From the NCBI GenBank assembly GCA_023818895.1, contig JAMWCX010000003.1, positions 210,001 through 242,000 on the forward strand: a DNA stretch of 32,000 nucleotides, given 5' to 3'. Shown piece after piece: positions 1-8,601 of the stretch. The position numbers and the translations under genes are program-made. This DNA is from Candidatus Omnitrophota bacterium. Its GTDB lineage: Bacteria; Omnitrophota; Gorgyraeia; 2-01-FULL-45-10. The number at the start of each line of letters is the position of its first letter. The stretch's first letter is position 1. The notes beneath the pieces are model-generated. The model searched no databases. It had not been told where the DNA came from and was given only the letters and a program-made list of their open reading frames with translations.

Positions 1-872
1 CAGTGGCTCGCTATCATGTAATCTTTGGACATCGGCGCCATGCCAAACGCCACGAGCGCGGCCGCGCCTGATATGAATCCGTCTATCACGACCGGAACGC
101 GCCTTGCGGCGGCGGACAGGATGACGCCGGCAAGGCCGCCTATTTCGAAACCTCCAACCTTCGAAAGAACATCTATTGGGTCTTTGGCGTCGGGTTTATT
201 CATCTCCAAGGCTCTTTGTATAACGCTGATCTTACGCTCAAGGCCTTTTTCATCTATGCCAGTTCCCCTACCCGTCACATCTTCAACGCGGTGTCCGGTG
301 AAGACAGCTGTTATGGCGCTGGATGAGGTTGTATTGCCTATGCCCATATCGCCGGTGCCGACTATATCCACGCCTTTTTTAAACTCGCTTTCGAATATCT
401 CCATGCCAGCATTGACTGCTCTTATGGCCTCGTCCCTGGTCATGGCAGGGCCTTTGGCCATGTTCTTAGTCCCGTAACCTATCTTCTTGATAGTGAGTCC
501 CGCTGCGGGCTCTAAGTCCGCCGCAACACCCAGGTCTGCTATAACGACCCTTGCGCCGACATGCCTTGCGAGCACATTGATGCCGGCCCCGCCTTTCAGA
601 AAATTACGGACCATCTGCGGCGTCACTTCTTTTGGAAACGCGCTCACTCCTTCCTCGGTGACTCCATGGTCGGATGCAAACGTGAAAATGACCTTATTGT
701 CGAGCGCGGGATTCTCATCACCGGTCATCGCAACAACGCAAGAAGCCAGCTCCTCGAGCCTGCCCAGACTGCCCTGAGGTTTTGTAAGACAGTCGAGGCG
801 ATCTTGGGCTTTTTTCAAAAGCCTCCCGTCGGGAGCCTTTATGCTCCTGGCGACTTTAAGTATTTTATCCAC
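1..872 (-). CDS. cobT: Nicotinate-nucleotide--dimethylbenzimidazole phosphoribosyltransferase (CobT), first ~290 codons; the 3' end lies beyond the left window edge
   Basis: Absent from the ORF track because it runs off the edge. My reverse-strand translation from GTG (872-870), directly abutting the cobU stop (875-873), reads VDKILKVARSIKAPDGRLLKKAQDRLDCLTKPQGSLGRLEELA...GTGDMGIGNTTSSSAITAVFTGHRVEDVTGRGTGID...VGGFEIGGLAGVILSAAARRVPVVIDGFISGAAAL. This carries the CobT-family LTKPxGSLGxLE and GxMGIGNTT motifs. The + strand ORFs 25..477 and 487..777 are antisense shadows of this gene. Confidence 0.85.
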   Translation of the reverse strand, partial: MDKILKVARSIKAPDGRLLKKAQDRLDCLTKPQGSLGRLEELASCVVAMTGDENPALDNKVIFTFASDHGVTEEGVSAFPKEVTPQMVRNFLKGGAGINVLARHVGARVVIADLGVAADLEPAAGLTIKKIGYGTKNMAKGPAMTRDEAIRAVNAGMEIFESEFKKGVDIVGTGDMGIGNTTSSSAITAVFTGHRVEDVTGRGTGIDEKGLERKISVIQRALEMNKPDAKDPIDVLSKVGGFEIGGLAGVILSAAARRVPVVIDGFISGAAALVAFGMAPMSKDYMIASH

Positions 873-1394
873 CTACTTTATCCTTCTGGGGATGCCAGCC
901 ACCATCAGGCATACCTCATCCGCGGCCTTCGCCGCAAGCTGATTTACCCTGCCGGCGATATCCCTGAACCCCCTCGCCACAGGACGCTCCGGCACTATAC
1001 CCAGGCCGACCTCGTTCGACACAATAGCCGCATCCGCACCACTTTTCTTGAGAGCCGAGAATATGCGAACTATCTCTTTTTCTATCGCCCCGCCGCTTTT
1101 ACCCGCCAGAAACAGGTTCGAGACAAGAAGGGTCAGACAGTCAAGCACGATATACTCAAATTTTCCTTCGATCTTCTCCAATAGGGCCGCGACACGTCTT
1201 GGTTCGTCAAACGTCTTCCACGACGCAGGCCGCGACTTTTTATGAAGGGCGATGCGCCTGGCCATCTCATTGTCGAGAGCTTCGCAGGTAGCTATGAAGG
1301 CGACCTTACGGCGGCCGGAGGCGCGGGCTATCTCTAAGGCGTAGGAGCTTTTCCCGCTCCTTGCGCCACCCAAAATAAAAGTGACTCTACCCAT
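873..1394 (-). CDS. cobU: Adenosylcobinamide kinase / adenosylcobinamide-phosphate guanylyltransferase (CobU/CobP)
   Basis: MGRVTFILGGARSGKSSYALEIA has the CobU P-loop. Size (~173 aa) and position between btuD and cobT fit. I moved the start from 1427 to the ATG at 1394-1392, which overlaps the btuD stop in ATGGGTAG. The 11-aa extension in the track would lie inside btuD. Confidence 0.85.
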   Translation of the reverse strand: MGRVTFILGGARSGKSSYALEIARASGRRKVAFIATCEALDNEMARRIALHKKSRPASWKTFDEPRRVAALLEKIEGKFEYIVLDCLTLLVSNLFLAGKSGGAIEKEIVRIFSALKKSGADAAIVSNEVGLGIVPERPVARGFRDIAGRVNQLAAKAADEVCLMVAGIPRRIK

Positions 1395-2208
1395 TATTAA
1401 CCCTTTTCTCTTTAGTGAATGCCACACCTCCCGGGACCACCACTATATTCGGCCTTGATGTGATGCGGCTTTTATTCACGAGGACCACCGTGTGGTAGAT
1501 AGCCTCTATATTCTGATAGGTCAGAACCTCATCAGGGCAGCCTTCCCGGTATATCACTCCGTCATTTAACATGATGAGGCGGTCACAATAAGCGGACGCG
1601 AGATTAAGGTCATGGAGCACCATGACGATCGTAAGATTCTTTTCCATATTGAGTTTTTTTAAAAGATCGAGGGTCCTGGCTTGGTGGCCTATGTCCAGGT
1701 GTGATGTCGGCTCGTCGAGAAAAAGGAGCTCTGGTTCCTGGGCAAGGGCCTTTGCGATAATAACGCGTTGCCGTTCTCCGGCGCTTAAAGAGTCTATCGG
1801 CCTTTCGGCAAGATGCGAGGTATCTGTAAGCGCAAGCGCCCTATCCGCTATCTCCAGATCACGCCTTGTCTCGAACTGCAACCTCTTAAGATGGGGGATC
1901 CTGCCCATGAGCACTATCTGACGGGCTGTGAAAGGAAATTGTATAATGGTATCCTGGCTTACAAAGGCGACCCTTCTGAAGAACGCTTTGGAATCTATCG
2001 AACGGATATTCTTCCCGTCAAGCATCACAGAACCGGCGCTGGGCTTCAATATGCGCGTCGCGAGCCTCAGAAGAGTTGATTTTCCAGAGCCGTTCGGGCC
2101 GATGATACCCAAAAACTCTCCCCTGCCGACTTCGAACGAGACGCCGCGCACGACCATCTGGCTGCCGTAGCCGCCGTAAAGTCCTTTGACGCTCAGGATA
2201 TTTGCCAT
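1387..2208 (-). CDS. btuD: ABC transporter ATP-binding protein, FecE/BtuD type (corrinoid/iron-chelate importer)
   Basis: Walker A GPNGSGKST, ABC signature LSAGERQR and Walker B LLFLDEPTSHLD. It is the fourth gene downstream of a cobalamin riboswitch, after the permease and binding-protein genes. The btuD symbol is assigned from context. Confidence 0.85.
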   Translation of the reverse strand: MANILSVKGLYGGYGSQMVVRGVSFEVGRGEFLGIIGPNGSGKSTLLRLATRILKPSAGSVMLDGKNIRSIDSKAFFRRVAFVSQDTIIQFPFTARQIVLMGRIPHLKRLQFETRRDLEIADRALALTDTSHLAERPIDSLSAGERQRVIIAKALAQEPELLFLDEPTSHLDIGHQARTLDLLKKLNMEKNLTIVMVLHDLNLASAYCDRLIMLNDGVIYREGCPDEVLTYQNIEAIYHTVVLVNKSRITSRPNIVVVPGGVAFTKEKRVNNG

Positions 2209-2211
2209 CGG

Positions 2212-3174
2212 TCAACGTATCCTCTGCTTCCTCTTAAGGAGTATTATGAATATAGGGGCGCCCACAACGGCTGTTATAACTCCTATCGGTATCTCAAGCG
2301 GCGCGAGTAGCGTGCGTCCCATCATGTCGCAAAGTATCATGAACGCCGAAGCCGCGACACAGGTGCACGGTATAAGCACCCTGTGGTCAGGCCCAACCGC
2401 AAGTCGCATGATGTGCGGTATAATAAGGCCGACGAAGCCTATGATGCCGGAGACGCAAACGATGCTTGCGCTCACAAGCGAGGTTATGAAAAAAAGAATC
2501 TTTTTCACTTCCTCGGTCTTTACACCAACGTGCGAGGCGTACTCCTCTCCCACGCTCATGGCGTTCATATCCTGGGAAAAAAAGAATATAGCGGCGATCC
2601 CCGCAAATACGATGAGCGCGACCACCGATAAGAGTTTCATGTCATAAACCTCGAGGCTGCCCCAAAGCCACCACATTAGGCCGTGAAGCGCTCCGTCGGA
2701 GGATATCGAGACAAGGAAGACTATTATCGCCGAAAGCGCCACAGAGACTATTACACCTGACAAGATAAGTGATTGCACAGGTATATGTTCCCCCTGCTTT
2801 GCTATCGCGTATACGAGCGTAACGCTTAAAACCGCGCTGAGAAAAGCCGCCGGCGGAAGATACAGTCCCGCGGAGCCGAGGATAACAGCGATGACCGCGC
2901 CGAGGGCCGCGCCGCTTGAGGTGCCGAGAAGATATGGTTCAGCCAGCGGATTTCGCAATATCGCCTGAAGCGCTATTCCGGAGACGGCCAGACCGCTGCC
3001 GGCAACAGCGGCAACGAGGATCCTTAAAAATCTGAGATAGAGTATCGGGCGGTTTGGCATCTCAAACAGGGATAAAAAAGGAATATCAACGGCGCCCCTC
3101 GAAAGGCCGAGAGCGATGCTTGCGGCCAGGATGAACAAAAGCATGGTGATTTTAATCTTTATCCTGCTTTTCAT
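2212..3174 (-). CDS. btuC: FecCD-family ABC permease (corrinoid/iron-chelate importer)
   Basis: 320-aa polytopic membrane protein with the FecCD-type stretch RNPLAEPYLLGTSSGAALGAV and a C-terminal GAPIFIILL. Its 5' end overlaps the btuF 3' end by 23 nt. An alternative start at Met11 (3144) is possible. Confidence 0.85.
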   Translation of the reverse strand: MKSRIKIKITMLLFILAASIALGLSRGAVDIPFLSLFEMPNRPILYLRFLRILVAAVAGSGLAVSGIALQAILRNPLAEPYLLGTSSGAALGAVIAVILGSAGLYLPPAAFLSAVLSVTLVYAIAKQGEHIPVQSLILSGVIVSVALSAIIVFLVSISSDGALHGLMWWLWGSLEVYDMKLLSVVALIVFAGIAAIFFFSQDMNAMSVGEEYASHVGVKTEEVKKILFFITSLVSASIVCVSGIIGFVGLIIPHIMRLAVGPDHRVLIPCTCVAASAFMILCDMMGRTLLAPLEIPIGVITAVVGAPIFIILLKRKQRIR

Positions 3175-4021
3175 CTTGATGATAAAGCCTTTCCTGCAGC
3201 TTCCGGGCGCCTTCTACAAGCCGCGGACCCGGCCTCAAAAGCGTATTCGGTTCTATATCGCTATACACGCGGCCGTTTTTCACCGCTGAGACATTTTGCC
3301 AGCCGGGTCTTTTCAAGACCGCGTCAGGCGCCGCCTCATTTTCCATATAGGCCAAAAATATGAAATCGGGGTCGCGCTCCAATATGACTTCAGGGCTCAC
3401 GCTGCAAAACTGCTTTCCGATGTCGCCCGCTATATTCTTACCGCCCGCTGCGCTTATCATCTCGTCTAAAAAAGATCCCTTGCCCGCTGTCATGATCGGG
3501 CTGTGCCATATCTCGACGTAAACGCCGGGTCTTCTATTCTCAGGTGTCTGCGCCGTCTTGCGTGCCAGCTCGGCGAAGTCTTCTTTCAGGCGGCTTATTA
3601 TTAGTGACGCCTCAGCCGACCTGCCAATTAGCTCTCCAATCCTCTGTATGGACAAAAAAATATCTTCAAAGCTTGAAGGATCACTAACAAAAATGTGTAG
3701 GCCAAGCTGCCTTAATTTCGTTATGACTGGTGCCTGCTCCAAGCCGGTGCAGAATATTATATCAGGCTTCAGTGAAATTATCTTTTCGATATTTGGTTGG
3801 CTGAAGGTCCCGACTTTTTCTTTTGAAACGGCTGCGTCAGGATAGTCGCAAAGCTGGCTTACCCCCACCACCTCATCGCCGGCGCCTAACGCGAATAATA
3901 TTTCGGTGGTCGACGGCGCAAGGGAAACTATCCTATGCCTGCCGGCAGCCAGCGCCTCTCCGGTCCATACTATTTGCGACAAAGACAAAATTATTGCCGC
4001 AATGCGCGCAGCTTTTGTCAA
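3152..4021 (-). CDS. btuF: Periplasmic substrate-binding protein, BtuF/FhuD class (likely corrinoid-binding)
   Basis: N-terminal signal sequence MTKAARIAAIILSLSQIVWTGEALA, then IVSLAPSTTEILFALGAGDEVVGVSQLCDYP, typical of BtuF-like class III binding proteins. Operon context supports the call. Confidence 0.8.
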   Translation of the reverse strand: MTKAARIAAIILSLSQIVWTGEALAAGRHRIVSLAPSTTEILFALGAGDEVVGVSQLCDYPDAAVSKEKVGTFSQPNIEKIISLKPDIIFCTGLEQAPVITKLRQLGLHIFVSDPSSFEDIFLSIQRIGELIGRSAEASLIISRLKEDFAELARKTAQTPENRRPGVYVEIWHSPIMTAGKGSFLDEMISAAGGKNIAGDIGKQFCSVSPEVILERDPDFIFLAYMENEAAPDAVLKRPGWQNVSAVKNGRVYSDIEPNTLLRPGPRLVEGARKLQERLYHQDEKQDKD

Positions 4022-4023
4022 CT

Positions 4024-5934
4024 TTAGAACCTCGCTTTGATACCTCCGTAGAGGGCAAAAGGCGAAGTACAGTATCCACGCACCTCTTCATAGTGCTTAT
4101 TGAAAAGGTTGTTCGCCTTCATATAAAAAGAGAAATTCTTCGATATATCATAATTCACCACAGCGTCAGCTACAACAAATTCTTTTACCTTGTAAGTATT
4201 AAGCGCCCATAACGGATTCGAAAGATTGTCGCTCATAGGACCATTATATCTCATTCTCAGGTCAAAGCTTAATGCCTTCGTCGCCTGCCAGAAACACTCT
4301 ATGAAGAACTTACGCTCAGGCCGCCGCACCATCTCCTGGTCGTTCTGAAAGTCTTTGGTCTTCATGTAGGTAAAGCCCGTCTTGACCTTGATCGAATCTA
4401 TCGGCTTTACATCGATAGCGGCTTCTATGCCATGGACCTGTGCCTTTCCTATATTAGTATATGGTGCGGTTATCCATGTGGTCGGGTCCGTTATCGCGTC
4501 AATAAGGTCTCTATATAGTGTATGGAAGTATGTTATGCCGGCTATGATACGCTCGCCCCATAGATTTTGGTCCGCGCCATATTCGTAGGAGAAGCTTTCC
4601 TCGGGGTTCAAATTGGGGTTGCCTCCGCCAAACCAGAAAGATGCCGGCGCGTGAAGTTGGTATAGCGAAGGTGCTTTGAAGCCGGTGGCGACGAGGCCTC
4701 GAATCTTCGTTTTGGTCGGAAACGTGTACGAACCGTCCACTCTGTATGTTAAGTGCGTTCCGGCGAGTGAATGGTGTATTATGCGCAGGCCCTGAGTAGC
4801 GGTGATTTTATCAGGGTAGTTAAACCTGTTTTCGAAATAAAAATCCCCTTCGCGGGCAAATACTTTCGGCATTATGTCTGTCGCCATGACACCGCTGAAA
4901 TCATTGGTTGAATAATAACAAGCTTGCTCTTCTGTGTATTCATACCCGATTAGGAATCTATCAAAGTCGCAGAACTCAAATGTGCTAGTATAATCGAGCT
5001 TAAAATACTTACCGGCATATTTTGACCTGTCGAAATCGTTTACCGGCGGCGAGTCCTCGTCGAAATACTGGCGCATAGATTCCATCCAGCCAAGCCGCAA
5101 GGCGTGGCTCCAACGGTCAATTATCCGCTGTTCTCCAAAAAGCGTGATGAAGCTTTCGGTCAGAAGACAGAAGGCGTTGTCATCATCGGCGTCGGCGCCC
5201 TGGTCGAACGCAAAATGCGCTTTCGTATAACGAATCGTTCCCCCAACGCTTGCTTTGTCGCCTATATCGTAGTCGGCCCTTCCCGAAAAGGCGGTCCTGT
5301 CATAAAAATCCCTTTCATAGCATCCGTGCTTGGCCTCGGCCTGTGATATGCCTTTGGTATCGAGTCGTGATCCCGCTATGCTGTAATGGAAGCCATGCGC
5401 CACAGATCCCGCCTCGAAATTCTCCTGCGAAGTGTAGAAAGAGCCGCCCTCCCACTGCGCGTTGACATAGGTATCCTCTGCTTTCTTAGAGATAATATTA
5501 ACTACGCCGGCCATAGCATCCGAGCCGTAGGCGGCTGACTGCGGGCCGCGCAGTATCTCGATCCTTTCGACGTTGTCAAGGGTAAGATGGGCGAGATTAT
5601 ACTCACCTCCCGGCGCTATCGGGTCATAGGCCTTAAGACCATCGACCAGAATCAGCGCCTGATTGGAACTTCCGCCGCGTATCAGAAGGTCCGTTTGCCC
5701 CTGAAAAGCGCCGGACTGCCTTACGTCAACTCCGACCTGCTCCTGCAGGGCCTGGCGGACCGTATGAATCTTTTCCCGCTCAAAATCCTCCTCATCTACA
5801 ACCGATATGGAACATGAGGCGGAACCGATCTTCTCCGCCATACGAGATGGAGTAACGACGATCTTTTCAAGTTCCGCCGCTTCGGCCAATGCGGCCGCGA
5901 ATATAGTGGCTACCGCCATTAATAGTTTTTTCAT
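4024..5934 (-). CDS. btuB: TonB-dependent outer-membrane receptor (likely corrinoid receptor)
   Basis: Signal peptide MKKLLMAVATIFAAALAEA and a TonB-box-like KIVVTPSR. Plug-domain motifs LIRGGSSNQALILVDG and IEILRGPQSAAYGSDAMAGVVNIISK. Long beta-barrel region ending in the terminal aromatic ...GGIKARF. It is the first gene after a cobalamin riboswitch. Confidence 0.9.
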   Translation of the reverse strand: MKKLLMAVATIFAAALAEAAELEKIVVTPSRMAEKIGSASCSISVVDEEDFEREKIHTVRQALQEQVGVDVRQSGAFQGQTDLLIRGGSSNQALILVDGLKAYDPIAPGGEYNLAHLTLDNVERIEILRGPQSAAYGSDAMAGVVNIISKKAEDTYVNAQWEGGSFYTSQENFEAGSVAHGFHYSIAGSRLDTKGISQAEAKHGCYERDFYDRTAFSGRADYDIGDKASVGGTIRYTKAHFAFDQGADADDDNAFCLLTESFITLFGEQRIIDRWSHALRLGWMESMRQYFDEDSPPVNDFDRSKYAGKYFKLDYTSTFEFCDFDRFLIGYEYTEEQACYYSTNDFSGVMATDIMPKVFAREGDFYFENRFNYPDKITATQGLRIIHHSLAGTHLTYRVDGSYTFPTKTKIRGLVATGFKAPSLYQLHAPASFWFGGGNPNLNPEESFSYEYGADQNLWGERIIAGITYFHTLYRDLIDAITDPTTWITAPYTNIGKAQVHGIEAAIDVKPIDSIKVKTGFTYMKTKDFQNDQEMVRRPERKFFIECFWQATKALSFDLRMRYNGPMSDNLSNPLWALNTYKVKEFVVADAVVNYDISKNFSFYMKANNLFNKHYEEVRGYCTSPFALYGGIKARF

Positions 5935-5946
5935 ATCTTTCTCCTT

Positions 5947-5978
5947 AAAACAAAAACCCTTGGCAAAAATGCCAAGGG
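5947..5978 (-). terminator. Intrinsic terminator forming the expression platform of the cobalamin riboswitch
   Basis: Minus strand reads CCCTTGGC-atttttt loop region-GCCAAGGG (8-bp perfect stem, 6-nt loop) followed by TTTTTGTTTT. The SD AAGGAG and the btuB ATG (5934) come immediately after. Confidence 0.8.
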
Positions 5979-6081
5979 TCAGCTCCCTGTTCTACTGAAC
6001 CGTATATGCCGGCGTTCATGCGACGCCAGTCCGCCGAAGCCTGCCATACATGACTGGCCCGATAGGCAAGGGCGGATTTAA

Positions 6082-6270
6082 TACATAGGCAGGTTTTCTG
6101 ACTGGGGATTCATCCTACTCTTCTGAGCCTTCTCACTTCATTATCGAAGCAATGGCTTGTGTCGAATTTCGTCATCCCCTACAGCGGCGGGACCGTTTCC
6201 TTAGCCGCACTAGTTACAAAGTGGTGCGGGGTGGATATTCCCTATTAAGCCCTTTTCGAGCGCCTACGTA
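6082..6270 (-). promoter_or_regulatory. Cobalamin (B12) riboswitch aptamer
   Basis: Minus strand reads ACGTAGGC...AATAGGGAA...(hairpin CCGCAC/GTGCGG)...GGTCCCGCCGCTGTAGGGG...AGCCATTG...GAGAAGGC...CAGTCAGAAAACCTGCCTATGT. This matches the conserved AAxAGGGAA, CCCGCxxCUGUA, GCCACUG and GGGAAGGC blocks and the B12 box AGUCAGgAxACCUGCC. A P1 helix is formed by ACxTAGGC and GCCTAxGT. It sits upstream of btuB, the classic location. Confidence 0.9.
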
Positions 6271-6295
6271 GTTAGATATTGTCAAAGACAAAAAT

Positions 6296-6324
6296 ATTAT
6301 ATCTATGGGCCCTATTTCTGTCAA
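6296..6324 (-). promoter_or_regulatory. Sigma-70-type promoter of the riboswitch-btu-cob operon
   Basis: Minus strand reads TTGACA (6324-6319), then the 17-nt spacer gaaatagggcccataga, then TATAAT (6301-6296). Both hexamers are perfect consensus at optimal spacing. The TGA stop of the upstream symporter gene lies inside the -35 hexamer. Confidence 0.7.
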
Positions 6325-7775
6325 GCGAACAAATCGGCCTGCTTCTTTTTACGCCGCGCGCGCAACTGTTGTTTTATCGTCATGCCGCCGCCGGAGCGTC
6401 CGGTCAGAAGGCTGACGACAATAATCACAATCATGGATACGGTAAATCCTATCAGACTGTGGGGATATATGTCCGGCCCCCAGACTTTTAACACAAACCA
6501 GATGGCAACGCCGACTATGGCTCCGCATGCCGCGCCAATTGTATTTGCCCTTCGCCAATATACGCCCAATATCATGGGCGCGGCAACCCCTGTCAGGAGC
6601 ACACCCCAAGATTCCTGACAGAGACGGTAGACATTCTTAAAGTATATGGCGAGCACGAGTGAGATTATGCCTAAAACCGGGACGCTGAGCTTGCAGAACT
6701 TCAGTTTTAGTTCTTCGCTTGCGTCAGGCTTAAACGACGGAAGAATGTTCTCCCCGATAATGCTCGAAGGCGCCAGAAGCGCGCTATCGGCGGAACTCAT
6801 GATCGCGGCAAGAAGCGAGCCTATCATAACGGCGATGAGCGGCGGCGAAAGATATTTGAGGGCAAGATCTATCAGCACCGCCTCGCCGCTACCTTGAGGA
6901 AACGCTATCCTGCCGAATATACCGAGTAGTACCGGCAATAGCCCTATAGTGATATACATCACGCCGGCTATGATCGACGCCCACCTGGAAAGATGAGGTG
7001 TCCGGGGGGCCATGGTCCTGGCAAAGAGGTCCTGCGCCGGCAATGACCCTATGCCGACGACCATCCATGCCTGTAAATAATTAAACCACGCGAGCGGGCT
7101 TGTGCTTTTCGGATAGAATTGGAACATCTGGGGCGGCGTCTTCGCCACGACCGTTGACCAACCGCCGAGGTCCTTGACAAGTATAGGGAATAAAATAAAA
7201 AGGCTCGAGATGATTATGATCATCTGGACAAAGTCCGACATCGTATCCGCCCACATGCCTCCAAGGTATGTATAGGTAAGGACAACGATAGTCGCGGCAA
7301 GCGCGCATGGTATCAGAGGAAGAGCTGTAAGAGAATTGAGTATGTAACCGAAGGCCAGAAGCTGAGCCCCCACCCAGCCGAGATAAACGGGAAGATATAT
7401 AAGGGATAGTATCTGCGCCGTGCGGCCGCCATAGCGCATCTCAAAATAATCTACGACCGTCTCGAGATTAAGGCTACGGAAGAATTTAGCAAAGAATACA
7501 CCGGATATGATGAGGCAGGCCCCCGCGCCGAACGGGTCCGCGATCACGCCCAGAATGCCCCTGTTGAACGCTGTCGAAGAAGAGCCCATGCACGTCTCGG
7601 CACCGAACCACGTCGCGAAGATCGTTCCGATCGAAAGGACCCAGCCGAGCCGGCCTCCGGCCACTATATAGTCTCTCGTGTCGTGGATGCGACGCGACGC
7701 CCAGTACCCGATGAAGAGGACAAACGCCATGTAGGCCGAAATTCCCGCAATAATCCAGATTTGGTTTGATGTCAT
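6321..7775 (-). CDS. Sodium:solute symporter family (SSF) transporter, substrate unknown
   Basis: 484-aa polytopic protein. The N-terminal region YIVAGGRLGWVLSIGTIFATWFGAETCMGSS and the overall hydrophobic pattern resemble the PutP/PanF/SGLT-type family. The start ATG overlaps the PAP2 stop as ATGA (7775-7772). Confidence 0.75.
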   Translation of the reverse strand: MTSNQIWIIAGISAYMAFVLFIGYWASRRIHDTRDYIVAGGRLGWVLSIGTIFATWFGAETCMGSSSTAFNRGILGVIADPFGAGACLIISGVFFAKFFRSLNLETVVDYFEMRYGGRTAQILSLIYLPVYLGWVGAQLLAFGYILNSLTALPLIPCALAATIVVLTYTYLGGMWADTMSDFVQMIIIISSLFILFPILVKDLGGWSTVVAKTPPQMFQFYPKSTSPLAWFNYLQAWMVVGIGSLPAQDLFARTMAPRTPHLSRWASIIAGVMYITIGLLPVLLGIFGRIAFPQGSGEAVLIDLALKYLSPPLIAVMIGSLLAAIMSSADSALLAPSSIIGENILPSFKPDASEELKLKFCKLSVPVLGIISLVLAIYFKNVYRLCQESWGVLLTGVAAPMILGVYWRRANTIGAACGAIVGVAIWFVLKVWGPDIYPHSLIGFTVSMIVIIVVSLLTGRSGGGMTIKQQLRARRKKKQADLFA

Positions 7776-8305
7776 GGTAGTATATTATATCCTTTTATCC
7801 TCCGCACTGCCAATACAAGCACATAACCAGTGGCAATACCAACAACCGCGCCTGTAACGACATCACTAGGGTAATGAGCGCCGCTATATATTCGCACGAA
7901 GGCTATGGCGATCGCTAAAGGGTAGAAGAGGTAGGCGCGGCCGAAATAACTCGAATTGACGGAGGCAAGCACAAACGCGCATGTCGCGTGCCCCGATGGA
8001 AATGAATGAAGCAAATCGTGTTCCTCCACCAACTGACGTACATTCTGGATAGCTACGAAAGGAGGATGCCGGGGGAATGCCGTCTTTAATATAAATATTA
8101 TAAAACCGCTAACAAGAAGCGCTGCCAACAAAACTAAAGCCGCTTCTTTTTTTCCGTTTCGCAAAACAAGAAAAAGGGCCAGGGCAAACGATAGAGAAAA
8201 ATTGTATTCGCCAAGGAATGTAAGAAGAGGTGTCAGGTTATCAAAAAAGGAATTTACAAGATTATGATTAAAGTAATAAAAAAGCTTTAATTCTAATTCG
8301 GCCAT
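7772..8305 (-). CDS. PAP2-superfamily membrane phosphatase (lipid/undecaprenyl-pyrophosphate phosphatase-like)
   Basis: Acid-phosphatase motifs C2 SFPSGHA and C3 VRIYSGAHYPSDV (R-x5-H-x3-D), plus a C1-like KTAFPRHPP. Several TM segments. No obvious Shine-Dalgarno sequence upstream of the ATG. Confidence 0.8.
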   Translation of the reverse strand: MAELELKLFYYFNHNLVNSFFDNLTPLLTFLGEYNFSLSFALALFLVLRNGKKEAALVLLAALLVSGFIIFILKTAFPRHPPFVAIQNVRQLVEEHDLLHSFPSGHATCAFVLASVNSSYFGRAYLFYPLAIAIAFVRIYSGAHYPSDVVTGAVVGIATGYVLVLAVRRIKGYNILP

Positions 8306-8330
8306 ACTACATCTTGAATTATCCGTAGTA

Positions 8331-8359
8331 ATTATACTTCAAACAAACCGACGAGTGAA
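8331..8359 (-). promoter_or_regulatory. Putative promoter for the PAP2-symporter pair
   Basis: Minus strand reads TTCACT, a 17-nt spacer, then a perfect TATAAT (8336-8331), about 25 nt upstream of the PAP2 ATG in an AT-rich spacer. The -35 is weak (4/6). This is prediction only. Confidence 0.4.
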
Positions 8360-8485
8360 GAATTTTATTTGACTGAGGTTCCCCGACTATTTTTTGTTAA
8401 GTAAACATTCTTATCTATATTCATCTTTTTTATATGCTTTTTATAATATATTTAACCATCGGGAACGTAATCTATACCTGCATAT

Positions 8486-8526
8486 AAAAGCAAAAACGGT
8501 AGGCGCAGCCGCGATGCGCCTACCGT
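8486..8526 (-). terminator. Strong intrinsic terminator downstream of tRNA-Asp
   Basis: Minus strand reads ACGGTAGGCGC, the 9-nt loop atcgcggct, then GCGCCTACCGT (11-bp perfect stem), followed by TTTTGCTTTTAT. On the + strand the hairpin is followed by TTAAAAAA, so it appears to be functional only for the minus strand. Confidence 0.85.
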
Positions 8527-8601
8527 TTAAAAAACGTGTAATCTTGCGAACAAAAAGCCGCTCAAGAACGTATTTTAAGGATAAATTGTGTTTAACTATA
8601 G

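Noticed and set aside
25-1184. Plus-strand ORFs 25..477 (150 aa), 487..777 (96 aa) and 561..1184 (207 aa)
   Set aside because: They lie antisense to cobT and cobU, which have clear family motifs. Their translations are low-complexity (Ala/Pro/Ser/Thr/Arg-rich) with no recognisable motif. The 207-aa ORF even spans the cobT/cobU junction. They are shadow ORFs.
1395-1427. N-terminal extensions offered by the track for cobU (to 1427), and similarly pyrK (to 19455) and nagA (to 29020)
   Set aside because: The extensions overlap the preceding genes or add residues absent from homologue N-termini as I recall them. Internal ATGs give canonical N-termini (MGRVTFILGGARSGKS, MKQQKVKIL..., MPTILINHGDII...). 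Start choice remains unverified.
6280-6285. Second TTGACA hexamer on the minus strand inside the btuB leader
   Set aside because: There is no acceptable -10 element 16-18 nt downstream (the sequence there is cgctcg). The perfect promoter 35 nt upstream explains transcription.
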